Positions 12,727 through 25,579 of a stretch of 64,000 nt of DNA are shown here, piece after piece. The notes beneath the pieces are model-generated. The model ran no database searches and was not told where the DNA came from. It saw only the letters and a list, made by a program, of their open reading frames with translations. How positions within the stretch are numbered: the stretch's first letter is position 1; every line of letters starts with the position of its first letter. This DNA is from Obrimoposthia wandeli (taxonomy: Eukaryota), in contig CDROCS010000253.1 of NCBI GenBank assembly GCA_977020255.1, forward strand, positions 1,488,001-1,552,000. The letters run 5' to 3'. The position numbers and the translations under genes are program-made.

Positions 12727-13692
12727 GGTTAAGTGACTAAGCGTATGTGGTGGATGCCTTGGCAGTTAGAGGCGATGAAGGACGTGTTAATCTGCGAAAA
12801 GCTTTGGTGAGGTGATAAAAACCGTTATAGCCAAAGATGTCCGAATGGGGAAACCCACTTAGCATAAGCTAGGTATCGTTACGTGAATACATAGCGTAAC
12901 GAAGCGAACCGGGAGAACTGAAACATCTAAGTACCCCGAGGAAAAGAAATCAACCGAGATTTCGTTAGTAGCGGCGAGCGAACGCGAATCAGCCCTTAAG
13001 CTTATTGGGCGCTAGTAGAATGTTCTGGAAAGGACAACGATACAGGGTGATAGTCCCGTATACTAAAGCAACCTTTAAGTGAAATCGAGTAGGACGGAGC
13101 ACGTGAAACTTTGTCTGAATATGGGGGGACCATCCTCCAAGGCTAAATACTACTAACTGACCGATAGTGAACCAGTACCGTGAGGGAAAGGCGAAAAGAA
13201 CCCCTGTGAGGGGAGTGAAATAGAACCTGAAACCGCATACGTACAAGCAGTGGGAGCCCAATTTAGTTGGGTGACTGCGTACCTTTTGTATAATGGGTCA
13301 GCGACTTATATTCTGTAGCAAGGTTAACCGATTAGGGGAGCCGTAGCGAAAGCGAGTGTTAACTGCGCGTTTAGTTGCAGGGTATAGACCCGAAACCCGG
13401 CGATCTACCCATGGGCAGGTTGAAGGTTGAGTAACATCAACTGGAGGACCGAACACACGTATGTTGAAAAATGCGGTGATGACTTGTGGGTCGGAGTGAA
13501 AGGCTAATCAAGCCGGGAGATAGCTGGTTCTCCCCGAAATCTATTTAGGTAGAGCCTCGCACGAACACCATTGGGGGTAGAGCACTGTTAAGGCTAGGGG
13601 GTCATCCCGACTTACCAACCCTTTTGCAAACTCCGAATACCAATGAGTGATATGCGGGAGACACACTGCAGGTGCTAACGTCCGTTGTGAAG

Positions 13693-13725
<33 letters not shown>

Positions 13726-14601
13726 AAAGTACTAGTTAAGTGGGAAACGATGTGGAAAGGCATAGACAGCTAGGAGGTTGGCTTAGAAGCAGCCATCCTT
13801 TAAAGAAAGCGTAATAGCTCACTAGTCGAGTCGGTCTGCGCGGAAGATGTAACGGGGCTAAACTAGTCACCGAAGCTGCGGATTTGCAATTTATTGCAAG
13901 TGGTAGGGGAGCGTTCTGTAAGCCGTTGAAGGTGAATTGAGAAGTTTGCTGGAGGTATCAGAAGTGCGAATGCTGACATGAGTAACGATAAAGGGGGTGA
14001 AAAACCTCCTCGCCGAAAGACCAAGGTTTCCTGTCCCATGTTAATCAGGGCAGGGTAAGTCGGCCCCTAAGGCGAGGCGGAAACGCGTAGTCGATGGGAA
14101 ACAGATTAATATTTCTGTACTTCTATATATTGCGAAGGAGGGACGGAGTAGGCTAGATGAGCACGGCGTTGGTAGTCCGTGTGAAAGATAGTAGGTGGTT
14201 GACTTAGGTAAATCCGGGTCTTCATTCAACACTGAGAGTCGAGACGAGTCACTACGGTGATGAAGTCATTGATGCCATGCTTCAGGAAAAGCTTCTAAGC
14301 TTCAGATATATAGGAACCGTACCCCAAACCGACACAGGTGGTTAGGTAGAGAATACTAAGGCGCTTGAGAGAACTCGGGTGAAGGAACTAGGCAAAATAG
14401 TACCGTAACTTCGGGAGAAGGTACGCTGCTCAACGTTAAACCCTTGCGGTGTAAGCGAAGAGTAGTCGAAGTAACCAGGTGGCTGGAACTGTTTATTAAA
14501 AACACAGCACTGTGCAAAATCGAAAGATGACGTATACGGTGTGACGCCTGCCCGGTGCCGGAAGGTTAATTGATTCGGTTAGTCCTCGGACGAAGCTGAT
14601 G

Positions 14602-14696
<95 letters not shown>

Positions 14697-14957
14697 CATG
14701 GCCACACTGTCTCCACCCGAGACTCAGTGAAATTGAATTTGCGGTTAAGATGCCGTATACCCGCGGCTAGACGGAAAGACCCCGTGAACCTTTACTATAG
14801 CTTGACAGTGAACATTGCTCCTACATGTGTAGGATAGGTGGGAGGCGTTGAAACCATGTCGCTAGATGTGGTGGAGCCAATCTTGAAATACCACCCTTGT
14901 ATGCGTGATGTTCTAACCTAGGGCCCTTATCGGGCTTGGGGACACTGTCTGGTGGGT

Positions 14958-15000
<43 letters not shown>

Positions 15001-15078
15001 ACGAAGGTTGGCTAAGTACGGTCGGACATCGTACGGTTAGTGCAATGGCATAAGCCAGCTTAACTGCGAGACAGACAC

Positions 15079-15177
<99 letters not shown>

Positions 15178-15206
15178 ACCGCCCAAGAGTTCATATCGAC
15201 GGCGGT

Positions 15207-15249
<43 letters not shown>

Positions 15250-15251
15250 TC

Positions 15252-15284
<33 letters not shown>

Positions 15285-15453
15285 TGGTACGCGAGCTGGG
15301 TTTAGAACGTCGTGAGACAGTTCGGTCCCTATCTGCCGTGGGCGTTTGAGAATTGAAGAGGGCTGCTCCTAGTACGAGAGGACCGGAGTGGACGAACCAC
15401 TGGTGTTCGGGTTGTCATGCCAATGGCATTGCCCGGTAGCTACGTTCGGAACT

Positions 15454-15484
<31 letters not shown>

Positions 15485-15621
15485 AGGCTTTGAGATGAGT
15501 TCTCACTGGGACTTTAAGTCCCCTAAAGGGTCGTTGGAGACTACAACGTTGATAGGTCAGGTGTGTAAGTGCTGCGAGGCATTGAGCTAACTGATACTAA
15601 TTGCCCGTGAGGCTTAACCAT
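12727..15621 (+). rRNA. rrl: 23S rRNA, copy 2
   Basis: Full-length near-identical copy. Confidence 0.99.
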
Positions 15622-15785
15622 ACAACACCCAAGTAGTTTTGCTGAAAAGTGAACTGATAAGTGATTTGTATAAAGACTGACAACTACATAAAATGTAAAA
15701 TCACGTACTTACGTGTTACTTGAACTAAGAAAACCAAACGATATTTATAGCTCATTGAGCAAGCTTTCTAAGATTGTACCTTTTT

Positions 15786-15903
15786 TGTTTAGCGACAATA
15801 GCGCTGTGGTCCCACCTGAATCCATTCCGAACTCAGAAGTGAAACGCAGTTGCGCCGATGGTAGTGTGGGAGTTCCCATGTGAGAGTAGGACATTGCTAG
15901 ACT
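15786..15903 (+). rRNA. rrf: 5S rRNA, copy 2 (variant allele)
   Basis: 5S core motifs; gtggtcccacctgaatccattccg where the other copies have gtggccccacctgatccctttccg. Confidence 0.97.
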
Positions 15904-15929
15904 TCTAATTTGTGCTTTGGCACACGAGC

Positions 15930-15953
15930 AGCCCGTTACATTGGTAACGGGCT
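15930..15953 (+). other. GC-rich hairpin without U-tract at the operon 2/3 junction
   Basis: agcccgttac-attg-gtaacgggct followed by acttgag. Confidence 0.8.
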
Positions 15954-16055
15954 ACTTGAGAAACACTATTTTTTAACTTAATTGCCTGATAAATGTGCAA
16001 TTAACGTAAAAAATACTGTTTTATAAAATACTTAATTTCTTTATGAAACTAAGTG

Positions 16056-16083
16056 TTGACAATAAAACTGAGAGGCGTATTAT
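16056..16083 (+). promoter_or_regulatory. rRNA promoter, operon 3
   Basis: TTGACA-16 bp-TATTAT-gcgcacc. Confidence 0.88.
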
Positions 16084-16429
16084 GCGCACCTCACTCAGGC
16101 AAGGCCTGAGGTTAAGAAGATAACGAATGCGATTATCTTCTGTCTTTCATAGCAATATGAACGACATTTTTCTTTAACAATTAGTTATCATGCAATTTGT
16201 GTGAGCACTCACATTACTGTTGTTTTACATAGTTTTCCTTTCGGGGAGAACAAAAAAACGCTTAATGAATGATGTTCATGCAAATAAATATAGTTACGTA
16301 TCTTTAGTTAGGTAGGTAGCGACTATGTAATGCGCTATACTTATTCTTTTATTAAGGTGGATAATTATCACGACAGAATTCATTGAGCAGTAACACATCG
16401 CTTGCGATGAGGTTACACAAACGATTTTT

Positions 16430-16723
16430 AATTGAAGAGTTTGATCATGGCTCAGATTGAACGCTGGCGGCAGGCTTAACACATGCAAGTCGAGCGGTAA
16501 CAGAGATAGCTTGCTATCTGCTGACGAGCGGCGGACGGGTGAGTAATGCTTGGGAATATGCCTTATGGTGGGGGACAACAGTTGGAAACGACTGCTAATA
16601 CCGCATAACGTCTACGGACCAAAGGGGGGGATTCTTCGGAACCTCTCGCCATTTGATTAGCCCAAGTGAGATTAGCTAGTTGGTGAGGTAATGGCTCACC
16701 AAGGCGACGATCTCTAGCTGGTT

Positions 16724-16797
<74 letters not shown>

Positions 16798-17208
16798 CAC
16801 AATGGGCGAAAGCCTGATGCAGCCATGCCGCGTGTGTGAAGAAGGCCTTAGGGTTGTAAAGCACTTTCAGTTGTGAGGAAAGGTGGTAGTTTAATATGCT
16901 ATTGCTGTGACGTTAACAACAGAAGAAGCACCGGCTAACTTCGTGCCAGCAGCCGCGGTAATACGAGGGGTGCAAGCGTTAATCGGAATTACTGGGCGTA
17001 AAGCGTTCGTAGGCGGTCTATTAAGCAAGATGTGAAAGCCCAGGGCTCAACCTTGGAACTGCATTTTGAACTGGTAGACTAGAGTACTGTAGAGGGTGGT
17101 GGAATTTCCAGTGTAGCGGTGAAATGCGTAGAGATTGGAAGGAACATCAGTGGCGAAGGCGGCCACCTGGACAGATACTGACGCTGAGGAACGAAAGCGT
17201 GGGGAGCG

Positions 17209-17249
<41 letters not shown>

Positions 17250-17344
17250 TCAACTAGCCGTTTGTGGACTTGATCCGTGAGTGGCGCAGCTAACGCACTA
17301 AGTTGACCGCCTGGGGAGTACGGCCGCAAGGTTAAAACTCAAAT

Positions 17345-17381
<37 letters not shown>

Positions 17382-17470
17382 TTTAATTCGATGCAACGCG
17401 AAGAACCTTACCATCCCTTGACATCCACAGAAGAGACCAGAGATGGACTTGTGCCTTCGGGAACTGTGTG

Positions 17471-17502
<32 letters not shown>

Positions 17503-17508
17503 TGTGAA

Positions 17509-17543
<35 letters not shown>

Positions 17544-17584
17544 ATCCTTATTTGCCAGCGCGTTATGGCGGGAACTCTAAGGAG

Positions 17585-17637
<53 letters not shown>

Positions 17638-17736
17638 CTTACGGGATGGGCTACACACGTGCTACAATGGCGTATACAGAGTGCTGCAATACCGCGAGGT
17701 GGAGCGAATCACACAAAGTACGTCGTAGTCCGGATT

Positions 17737-17780
<44 letters not shown>

Positions 17781-17791
17781 TAGATCAGAAT

Positions 17792-17848
<57 letters not shown>

Positions 17849-17907
17849 GGATGCAAAAGAAGTGGCTAGTTTAACCTTTCGGGGAGGACGGTCACCACTT
17901 TGTGTTT

Positions 17908-17938
<31 letters not shown>

Positions 17939-17971
17939 CCTAGGGGAACCTGGGGTTGGATCACCTCCTTA
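16430..17971 (+). rRNA. rrs: 16S rRNA, copy 3
   Basis: Full-length copy with its own V3 helix allele. Confidence 0.99.
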
Positions 17972-18061
17972 TCTTGAAGTAAAATTGCTTAATGGAAACT
18001 TCGGTTTATTTCACGAGTGTTCACACAAATTACATGATAACAAATTGAAAGATACCCTGAT

Positions 18062-18137
18062 GGGGCTATAGCTCAGCTGGGAGAGCGCCTGCCTTGCACG
18101 CAGGAGGTCAGCAGTTCGATCCTGCTTAGCTCCACCA
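18062..18137 (+). tRNA. tRNA-Ala (UGC), ITS of operon 3
   Basis: Identical to the other three copies. Confidence 0.98.
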
Positions 18138-18656
18138 TCTTGATTTTTACAGCGTTACTTGAATCCTCGTGTAAGAGAAACTACACGTCGCATTCAAAAG
18201 CCTTGTAAAACACAAGATAGCCACTTGATATCTTTTAACTAAGGAAAAAGACCAAACTTAAAACATCATTTGATGATGAGTTAAGTTTGGTTTTTTAAAC
18301 CACTTTTTTAACCGAATGCGTGTTAAGAATGAGTTCTTTAACAATCTGGAAAGCTGATATAAATATCGGTATTTATATAACAAACACGGTGTCGCGCTGC
18401 TGTTTGTTACAGTATAAATACCAAGCTGTTGTTACATTCTCTTATCGTGAATGTAGTAATGGTGATAGTGCATCCCCCCAAGGATGTATTATCGAATTCA
18501 TACTACTCGAAAGAGTAAGATGTCTTATCAAGTAACTCATCCCATGTCTTCGGATATGGTGAGTACGTGAAAATGTCAGACTTTACAATTACCCCGGATT
18601 AGTCTCCGAGGTGTACTTCGTGTCAATTCTTCGGAAGAGACTACTTAGGGTTGTAT

Positions 18657-19621
18657 GGTTAAGTGACTAAGCGTATGTGGTGGATGCCTTGGCAGTTAGA
18701 GGCGATGAAGGACGTGTTAATCTGCGAAAAGCTCAGATAAGGTGATAAAAACCGTTATAGTCTGAGATGTCCGAATGGGGAAACCCACTTACCATAAGGT
18801 AGGTATCGTTACGTGAATACATAGCGTAACGAAGCGAACCGGGAGAACTGAAACATCTAAGTACCCCGAGGAAAAGAAATCAACCGAGATTTCGTTAGTA
18901 GCGGCGAGCGAACGCGAATCAGCCCTTAAGCTTATTGGGCGCTAGTAGAATGTTCTGGAAAGGACAACGATACAGGGTGATAGTCCCGTATACTAAAGCA
19001 ACCTTTAAGTGAAATCGAGTAGGACGGAGCACGTGAAACTTTGTCTGAATATGGGGGGACCATCCTCCAAGGCTAAATACTACTAACTGACCGATAGTGA
19101 ACCAGTACCGTGAGGGAAAGGCGAAAAGAACCCCTGTGAGGGGAGTGAAATAGAACCTGAAACCGCATACGTACAAGCAGTGGGAGCCCGATTTAGTCGG
19201 GTGACTGCGTACCTTTTGTATAATGGGTCAGCGACTTATATTCTGTAGCAAGGTTAACCGATTAGGGGAGCCGTAGCGAAAGCGAGTGTTAACTGCGCGT
19301 TTAGTTGCAGGGTATAGACCCGAAACCCGGCGATCTACCCATGGGCAGGTTGAAGGTTGAGTAACATCAACTGGAGGACCGAACACACGTATGTTGAAAA
19401 ATGCGGTGATGACTTGTGGGTCGGAGTGAAAGGCTAATCAAGCCGGGAGATAGCTGGTTCTCCCCGAAATCTATTTAGGTAGAGCCTCGCACGAACACCA
19501 TTGGGGGTAGAGCACTGTTAAGGCTAGGGGGTCATCCCGACTTACCAACCCTTTGCAAACTCCGAATACCAATGAGTGATATGCGGGAGACACACTGCGG
19601 GTGCTAACGTCCGTTGTGAAG

Positions 19622-19654
<33 letters not shown>

Positions 19655-20528
19655 AAAGTACTAGTTAAGTGGGAAACGATGTGGAAAGGCATAGACAGCT
19701 AGGAGGTTGGCTTAGAAGCAGCCATCCTTTAAAGAAAGCGTAATAGCTCACTAGTCGAGTCGGTCTGCGCGGAAGATGTAACGGGGCTAAACTAGTCACC
19801 GAAGCTGCGGATTTGCAATTTATTGCAAGTGGTAGGGGAGCGTTCTGTAAGCCGTTGAAGGTGAATTGAGAAGTTTGCTGGAGGTATCAGAAGTGCGAAT
19901 GCTGACATGAGTAACGATAAGGGAGTGAAAAACTCCCCGCCGAAAGACCAAGGTTTCCTGTCCCATGTTAATCAGGGCAGGGTAAGTCGGCCCCTAAGGC
20001 GAGGCGGAAACGCGTAGTCGATGGGAAACAGATTAATATTTCTGTACTTCTATATATTGCGAAGGAGGGACGGAGTAGGCTAGATGAGCACGGCGTTGGT
20101 GTCCGTGTGAAAGATAGTAGGTGGTTGACTTAGGTAAATCCGGGTCTTCATTCAACACTGAGAGTCGAGACGAGTCACTACGGTGATGAAGTCATTGATG
20201 CCATGCTTCCAGGAAAAGCTTCTAAGCTTCAGATATATAGGAACCGTACCCCAAACCGACACAGGTGGTTAGGTAGAGAATACTAAGGCGCTTGAGAGAA
20301 CTCGGGTGAAGGAACTAGGCAAAATAGTACCGTAACTTCGGGAGAAGGTACGCTGCTCAACGTTAAACCCTTGCGGTGTAAGCGAAGAGTAGTCGAAGTA
20401 ACCAGGTGGCTGGAACTGTTTATTAAAAACACAGCACTGTGCAAAATCGAAAGATGACGTATACGGTGTGACGCCTGCCCGGTGCCGGAAGGTTAATTGA
20501 TTCGGTTAGTCCTCGGACGAAGCTGATG

Positions 20529-20623
<95 letters not shown>

Positions 20624-20884
20624 CATGGCCACACTGTCTCCACCCGAGACTCAGTGAAATTGAATTTGCGGTTAAGATGCCGTATACCCGCGGCTAGACG
20701 GAAAGACCCCGTGAACCTTTACTATAGCTTGACAGTGAACATTGCTCCTACATGTGTAGGATAGGTGGGAGGCGTTGAAACTTTGTCGCTAGATGAAGTG
20801 GAGCCAATCTTGAAATACCACCCTTGTATGCGTGATGTTCTAACCTAGGGCCCTTATCGGGCTTGGGGACACTGTCTGGTGGGT

Positions 20885-20927
<43 letters not shown>

Positions 20928-21005
20928 ACGAAGGTTGGCTAAGTACGGTCGGACATCGTACGGTTAGTGCAATGGCATAAGCCAGCTTAACTGCGAGACA
21001 GACAC

Positions 21006-21104
<99 letters not shown>

Positions 21105-21133
21105 ACCGCCCAAGAGTTCATATCGACGGCGGT

Positions 21134-21176
<43 letters not shown>

Positions 21177-21178
21177 TC

Positions 21179-21211
<33 letters not shown>

Positions 21212-21380
21212 TGGTACGCGAGCTGGGTTTAGAACGTCGTGAGACAGTTCGGTCCCTATCTGCCGTGGGCGTTTGAGAATTGAAGAGGGCTGCTCCTAGT
21301 ACGAGAGGACCGGAGTGGACGAACCACTGGTGTTCGGGTTGTCATGCCAATGGCATTGCCCGGTAGCTACGTTCGGAACT

Positions 21381-21411
<31 letters not shown>

Positions 21412-21548
21412 AGGCTTTGAGATGAGTTCTCACTGGGACTTTAAGTCCCCTAAAGGGTCGTTGGAGACTACAACGTTGATAGGTCAGGTGTGTAAGTGCT
21501 GCGAGGCATTGAGCTAACTGATACTAATTGCCCGTGAGGCTTAACCAT
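18657..21548 (+). rRNA. rrl: 23S rRNA, copy 3
   Basis: Full-length near-identical copy. Confidence 0.99.
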
Positions 21549-21703
21549 ACAACACCCAAGTAGTTTTGCTGAAAAGTGAACTATGAAGTGATTGTATAAA
21601 GACTGACACAGAAAACATCACGTACTTACGTGTTACTTGAACCAAGAAAACCAAACGATATTTATAGCTCATTGAGCAAAGCTTTCTAAGATTGTCCCTT
21701 TTT

Positions 21704-21821
21704 TGTTTAGCGACAATAGCGCTGTGGCCCCACCTGATCCCTTTCCGAACTCAGAAGTGAAACGCAGTTGCGCCGATGGTAGTGTGGGAGTTCCCATGTG
21801 AGAGTAGGACATTGCTAGACT
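21704..21821 (+). rRNA. rrf: 5S rRNA, copy 3
   Basis: Same as 5S copy 1. Confidence 0.97.
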
Positions 21822-21837
21822 TCTAATTTGGCCGAAT

Positions 21838-21869
21838 CGCCGATGGTAGTGTGCATGTCGGCCCCATGT
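21838..21869 (+). pseudogene. Short scrambled 5S-like remnant
   Basis: cgccgatggtagtgtg..ccccatgt within a garbled version of the junction sequence; may be a consensus artefact. Confidence 0.35.
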
Positions 21870-22001
21870 TACATTGGACTAAATTTGTGCGGGCCCGTTA
21901 CTTGCGAAACACTATTTTTTAACTTAATTGCCTGATAAATGAGCGATTAATGTAAAAAATACTGTTTTATAAAATACTTACTTTCTTTATGAAACTAAGT
22001 G

Positions 22002-22029
22002 TTGACAATAAAACTGAGGCGCGTATTAT
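22002..22029 (+). promoter_or_regulatory. rRNA promoter, operon 4
   Basis: TTGACA-16 bp-TATTAT-gcgcacc. Confidence 0.88.
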
Positions 22030-22359
22030 GCGCACCTCACTCAGGCAAGGCCTGAGGTAAAGAAGCTAACGAATGCGATTATCTTCTGTCTTTCATAGCA
22101 ATATGAACGACATTTTTCTTTAACAATTAGTTATCATGCAATTTGTGTGAGCACTCACATTATGTTGTTTTACATAGTTTTCCTTTCGGGGAGAACAAAA
22201 AACGCTTAATGAATGATGTTCATGCAAATAAATATAGTTACGTATCTTTAGTTAGATAGGTAGCGACTATGTAATGCGATATCAACTTCGGTTGGTATCA
22301 CGACAGAATTCATTGAGCAGTAACACATCGCTTGCGATGAGGTTACACAAACGATTTTT

Positions 22360-22653
22360 AATTGAAGAGTTTGATCATGGCTCAGATTGAACGCTGGCGG
22401 CAGGCTTAACACATGCAAGTCGAGCGGTAACAGAGATAGCTTGCTATCTGCTGACGAGCGGCGGACGGGTGAGTAATGCTTGGGAATATGCCTTATGGTG
22501 GGGGACAACAGTTGGAAACGACTGCTAATACCGCATAACGTCTACGGACCAAAGGGGGGGATTCTTCGGAACCTCTCGCCATTTGATTAGCCCAAGTGAG
22601 ATTAGCTAGTTGGTGAGGTAATGGCTCACCAAGGCGACGATCTCTAGCTGGTT

Positions 22654-22727
<74 letters not shown>

Positions 22728-22855
22728 CACAATGGGCGAAAGCCTGATGCAGCCATGCCGCGTGTGTGAAGAAGGCCTTAGGGTTGTAAAGCACTTTCAG
22801 GGGTGAGGAAGAGTAGTGGATTAATACTTCATTGCTTTGACGTTAGCCCCAGAAG

Positions 22856-22903
<48 letters not shown>

Positions 22904-23138
22904 GAGCGTTAATCGGAATTACTGGGCGTAAAGCGTGCGTAGGCGGTTTGTTAAGCAAGATGTGAAAGCCCAGGGCTCAACCTTGGAACTGCATTTTGAA
23001 CTGGCAAACTAGAGTACTGTAGAGGGTGGTGGAATTTCCAGTGTAGCGGTGAAATGCGTAGAGATTGGAAGGAACATCAGTGGCGAAGGCGGCCACCTGG
23101 ACAGATACTGACGCTGAGGAACGAAAGCGTGGGGAGCG

Positions 23139-23179
<41 letters not shown>

Positions 23180-23274
23180 TCAACTAGCCGTTTGTGGACT
23201 TGATCCGTGAGTGGCGCAGCTAACGCACTAAGTTGACCGCCTGGGGAGTACGGCCGCAAGGTTAAAACTCAAAT

Positions 23275-23324
<50 letters not shown>

Positions 23325-23401
23325 CAACGCGAAGAACCTTACCATCCCTTGACATCCACAGAAGAGACCAGAGATGGACTTGTGCCTTCGGGAACTGTGT
23401 G

Positions 23402-23433
<32 letters not shown>

Positions 23434-23439
23434 TGTGAA

Positions 23440-23474
<35 letters not shown>

Positions 23475-23515
23475 ATCCTTATTTGCCAGCGCGTTATGGC
23501 GGGAACTCTAAGGAG

Positions 23516-23568
<53 letters not shown>

Positions 23569-23661
23569 CTTACGGGATGGGCTACACACGTGCTACAATG
23601 GCGTATACAGAGTGCTGCAATACCGCGAGGTGGAGCGAATCACACAAAGTACGTCGTAGTC

Positions 23662-23712
<51 letters not shown>

Positions 23713-23723
23713 TAGATCAGAAT

Positions 23724-23780
<57 letters not shown>

Positions 23781-23839
23781 GGATGCAAAAGAAGTGGCTA
23801 GTTTAACCTTTCGGGGAGGACGGTCACCACTTTGTGTTT

Positions 23840-23870
<31 letters not shown>

Positions 23871-23903
23871 CCTAGGGGAACCTGGGGTTGGATCACCTCC
23901 TTA
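22360..23903 (+). rRNA. rrs: 16S rRNA, copy 4 (carries a divergent internal patch)
   Basis: Full-length 16S; about 30 substitutions relative to copy 1 between 22801 and 23007. Confidence 0.99.
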
Positions 23904-23989
23904 TCTTGAAGTAAAATTGCTTAATGGAAACTTCGGTTTCACGAGTGTTCACACAAATTACATGATAACAAATTGAAAGATACCCTGAT

Positions 23990-24065
23990 GGGGCTATAGC
24001 TCAGCTGGGAGAGCGCCTGCCTTGCACGCAGGAGGTCAGCAGTTCGATCCTGCTTAGCTCCACCA
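23990..24065 (+). tRNA. tRNA-Ala (UGC), ITS of operon 4
   Basis: Identical to the other three copies. Confidence 0.98.
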
Positions 24066-24581
24066 TCTTGATTTTACTTGTTACTTGAATCCTCGTGTAA
24101 GAGAAACTACACGTCGCATTCAAAAGCCTTGTAAAACACAAGATAGCCACTTGATATCTTTTAACTAAAGAAAGAGACCAAACTTAAAACATCATTTGAT
24201 GATGAGTTAAGTTTGGTTTTTTAAACCATATCTTTGCCGAATGTGTGCAAATGATAAGTTCTTTAACAATCTGGAAAGCTGATATAAATATCGGTATTTA
24301 TATGCTGAACACGGTGTCGCGCTGTTGTTCATACGATTATAAATACCAAGCTGTTAGTACATTCTCTTATCGTGAATGTGGTAATGGTGATAGTGCGTTC
24401 TCCCAAGAACGTATTATCGAATTCATACTACTCGAAAGAGTAAGATGTCTTATCAAGTAACTCATCCCATGTCTTCGGATATGGTGAGTACGTGAAAATG
24501 TCAGACTTTACAATTACCTTGGATTAGTCTCCAGGGTGTACTTCGTGTTTATTCTTCGGATGAGACTACTTAGGGTTGTAT

Positions 24582-25546
24582 GGTTAAGTGACTAAGCGTA
24601 TGTGGTGGATGCCTTGGCAGTTAGAGGCGATGAAGGACGTGTTAATCTGCGAAAAGCTCAGATAAGGTGATAAAAACCGTTATAGTCTGAGATGTCCGAA
24701 TGGGGAAACCCACTTACCATAAGGTAGGTATCGTTACGTGAATACATAGCGTAACGAAGCGAACCGGGAGAACTGAAACATCTAAGTACCCCGAGGAAAA
24801 GAAATCAACCGAGATTTCGTTAGTAGCGGCGAGCGAACGCGAATCAGCCCTTAAGCTTATTGGGCGCTAGTAGAATGTTCTGGAAAGGACAACGATACAG
24901 GGTGATAGTCCCGTATACTAAAGCAACCTTTAAGTGAAATCGAGTAGGACGGAGCACGTGAAACTTTGTCTGAATATGGGGGGACCATCCTCCAAGGCTA
25001 AATACTACTAACTGACCGATAGTGAACCAGTACCGTGAGGGAAAGGCGAAAAGAACCCCTGTGAGGGGAGTGAAATAGAACCTGAAACCGCATACGTACA
25101 AGCAGTGGGAGCCCGATTTAGTCGGGTGACTGCGTACCTTTTGTATAATGGGTCAGCGACTTATATTCTGTAGCAAGGTTAACCGATTAGGGGAGCCGTA
25201 GCGAAAGCGAGTGTTAACTGCGCGTTTAGTTGCAGGGTATAGACCCGAAACCCGGCGATCTACCCATGGGCAGGTTGAAGGTTGAGTAACATCAACTGGA
25301 GGACCGAACACACGTATGTTGAAAAATGCGGTGATGACTTGTGGGTCGGAGTGAAAGGCTAATCAAGCCGGGAGATAGCTGGTTCTCCCCGAAATCTATT
25401 TAGGTAGAGCCTCGCACGAACACCATTGGGGGTAGAGCACTGTTAAGGCTAGGGGGTCATCCCGACTTACCAACCCTTTGCAAACTCCGAATACCAATGA
25501 GTGATATGCGGGAGACACACTGCGGGTGCTAACGTCCGTTGTGAAG

Positions 25547-25579
<33 letters not shown>

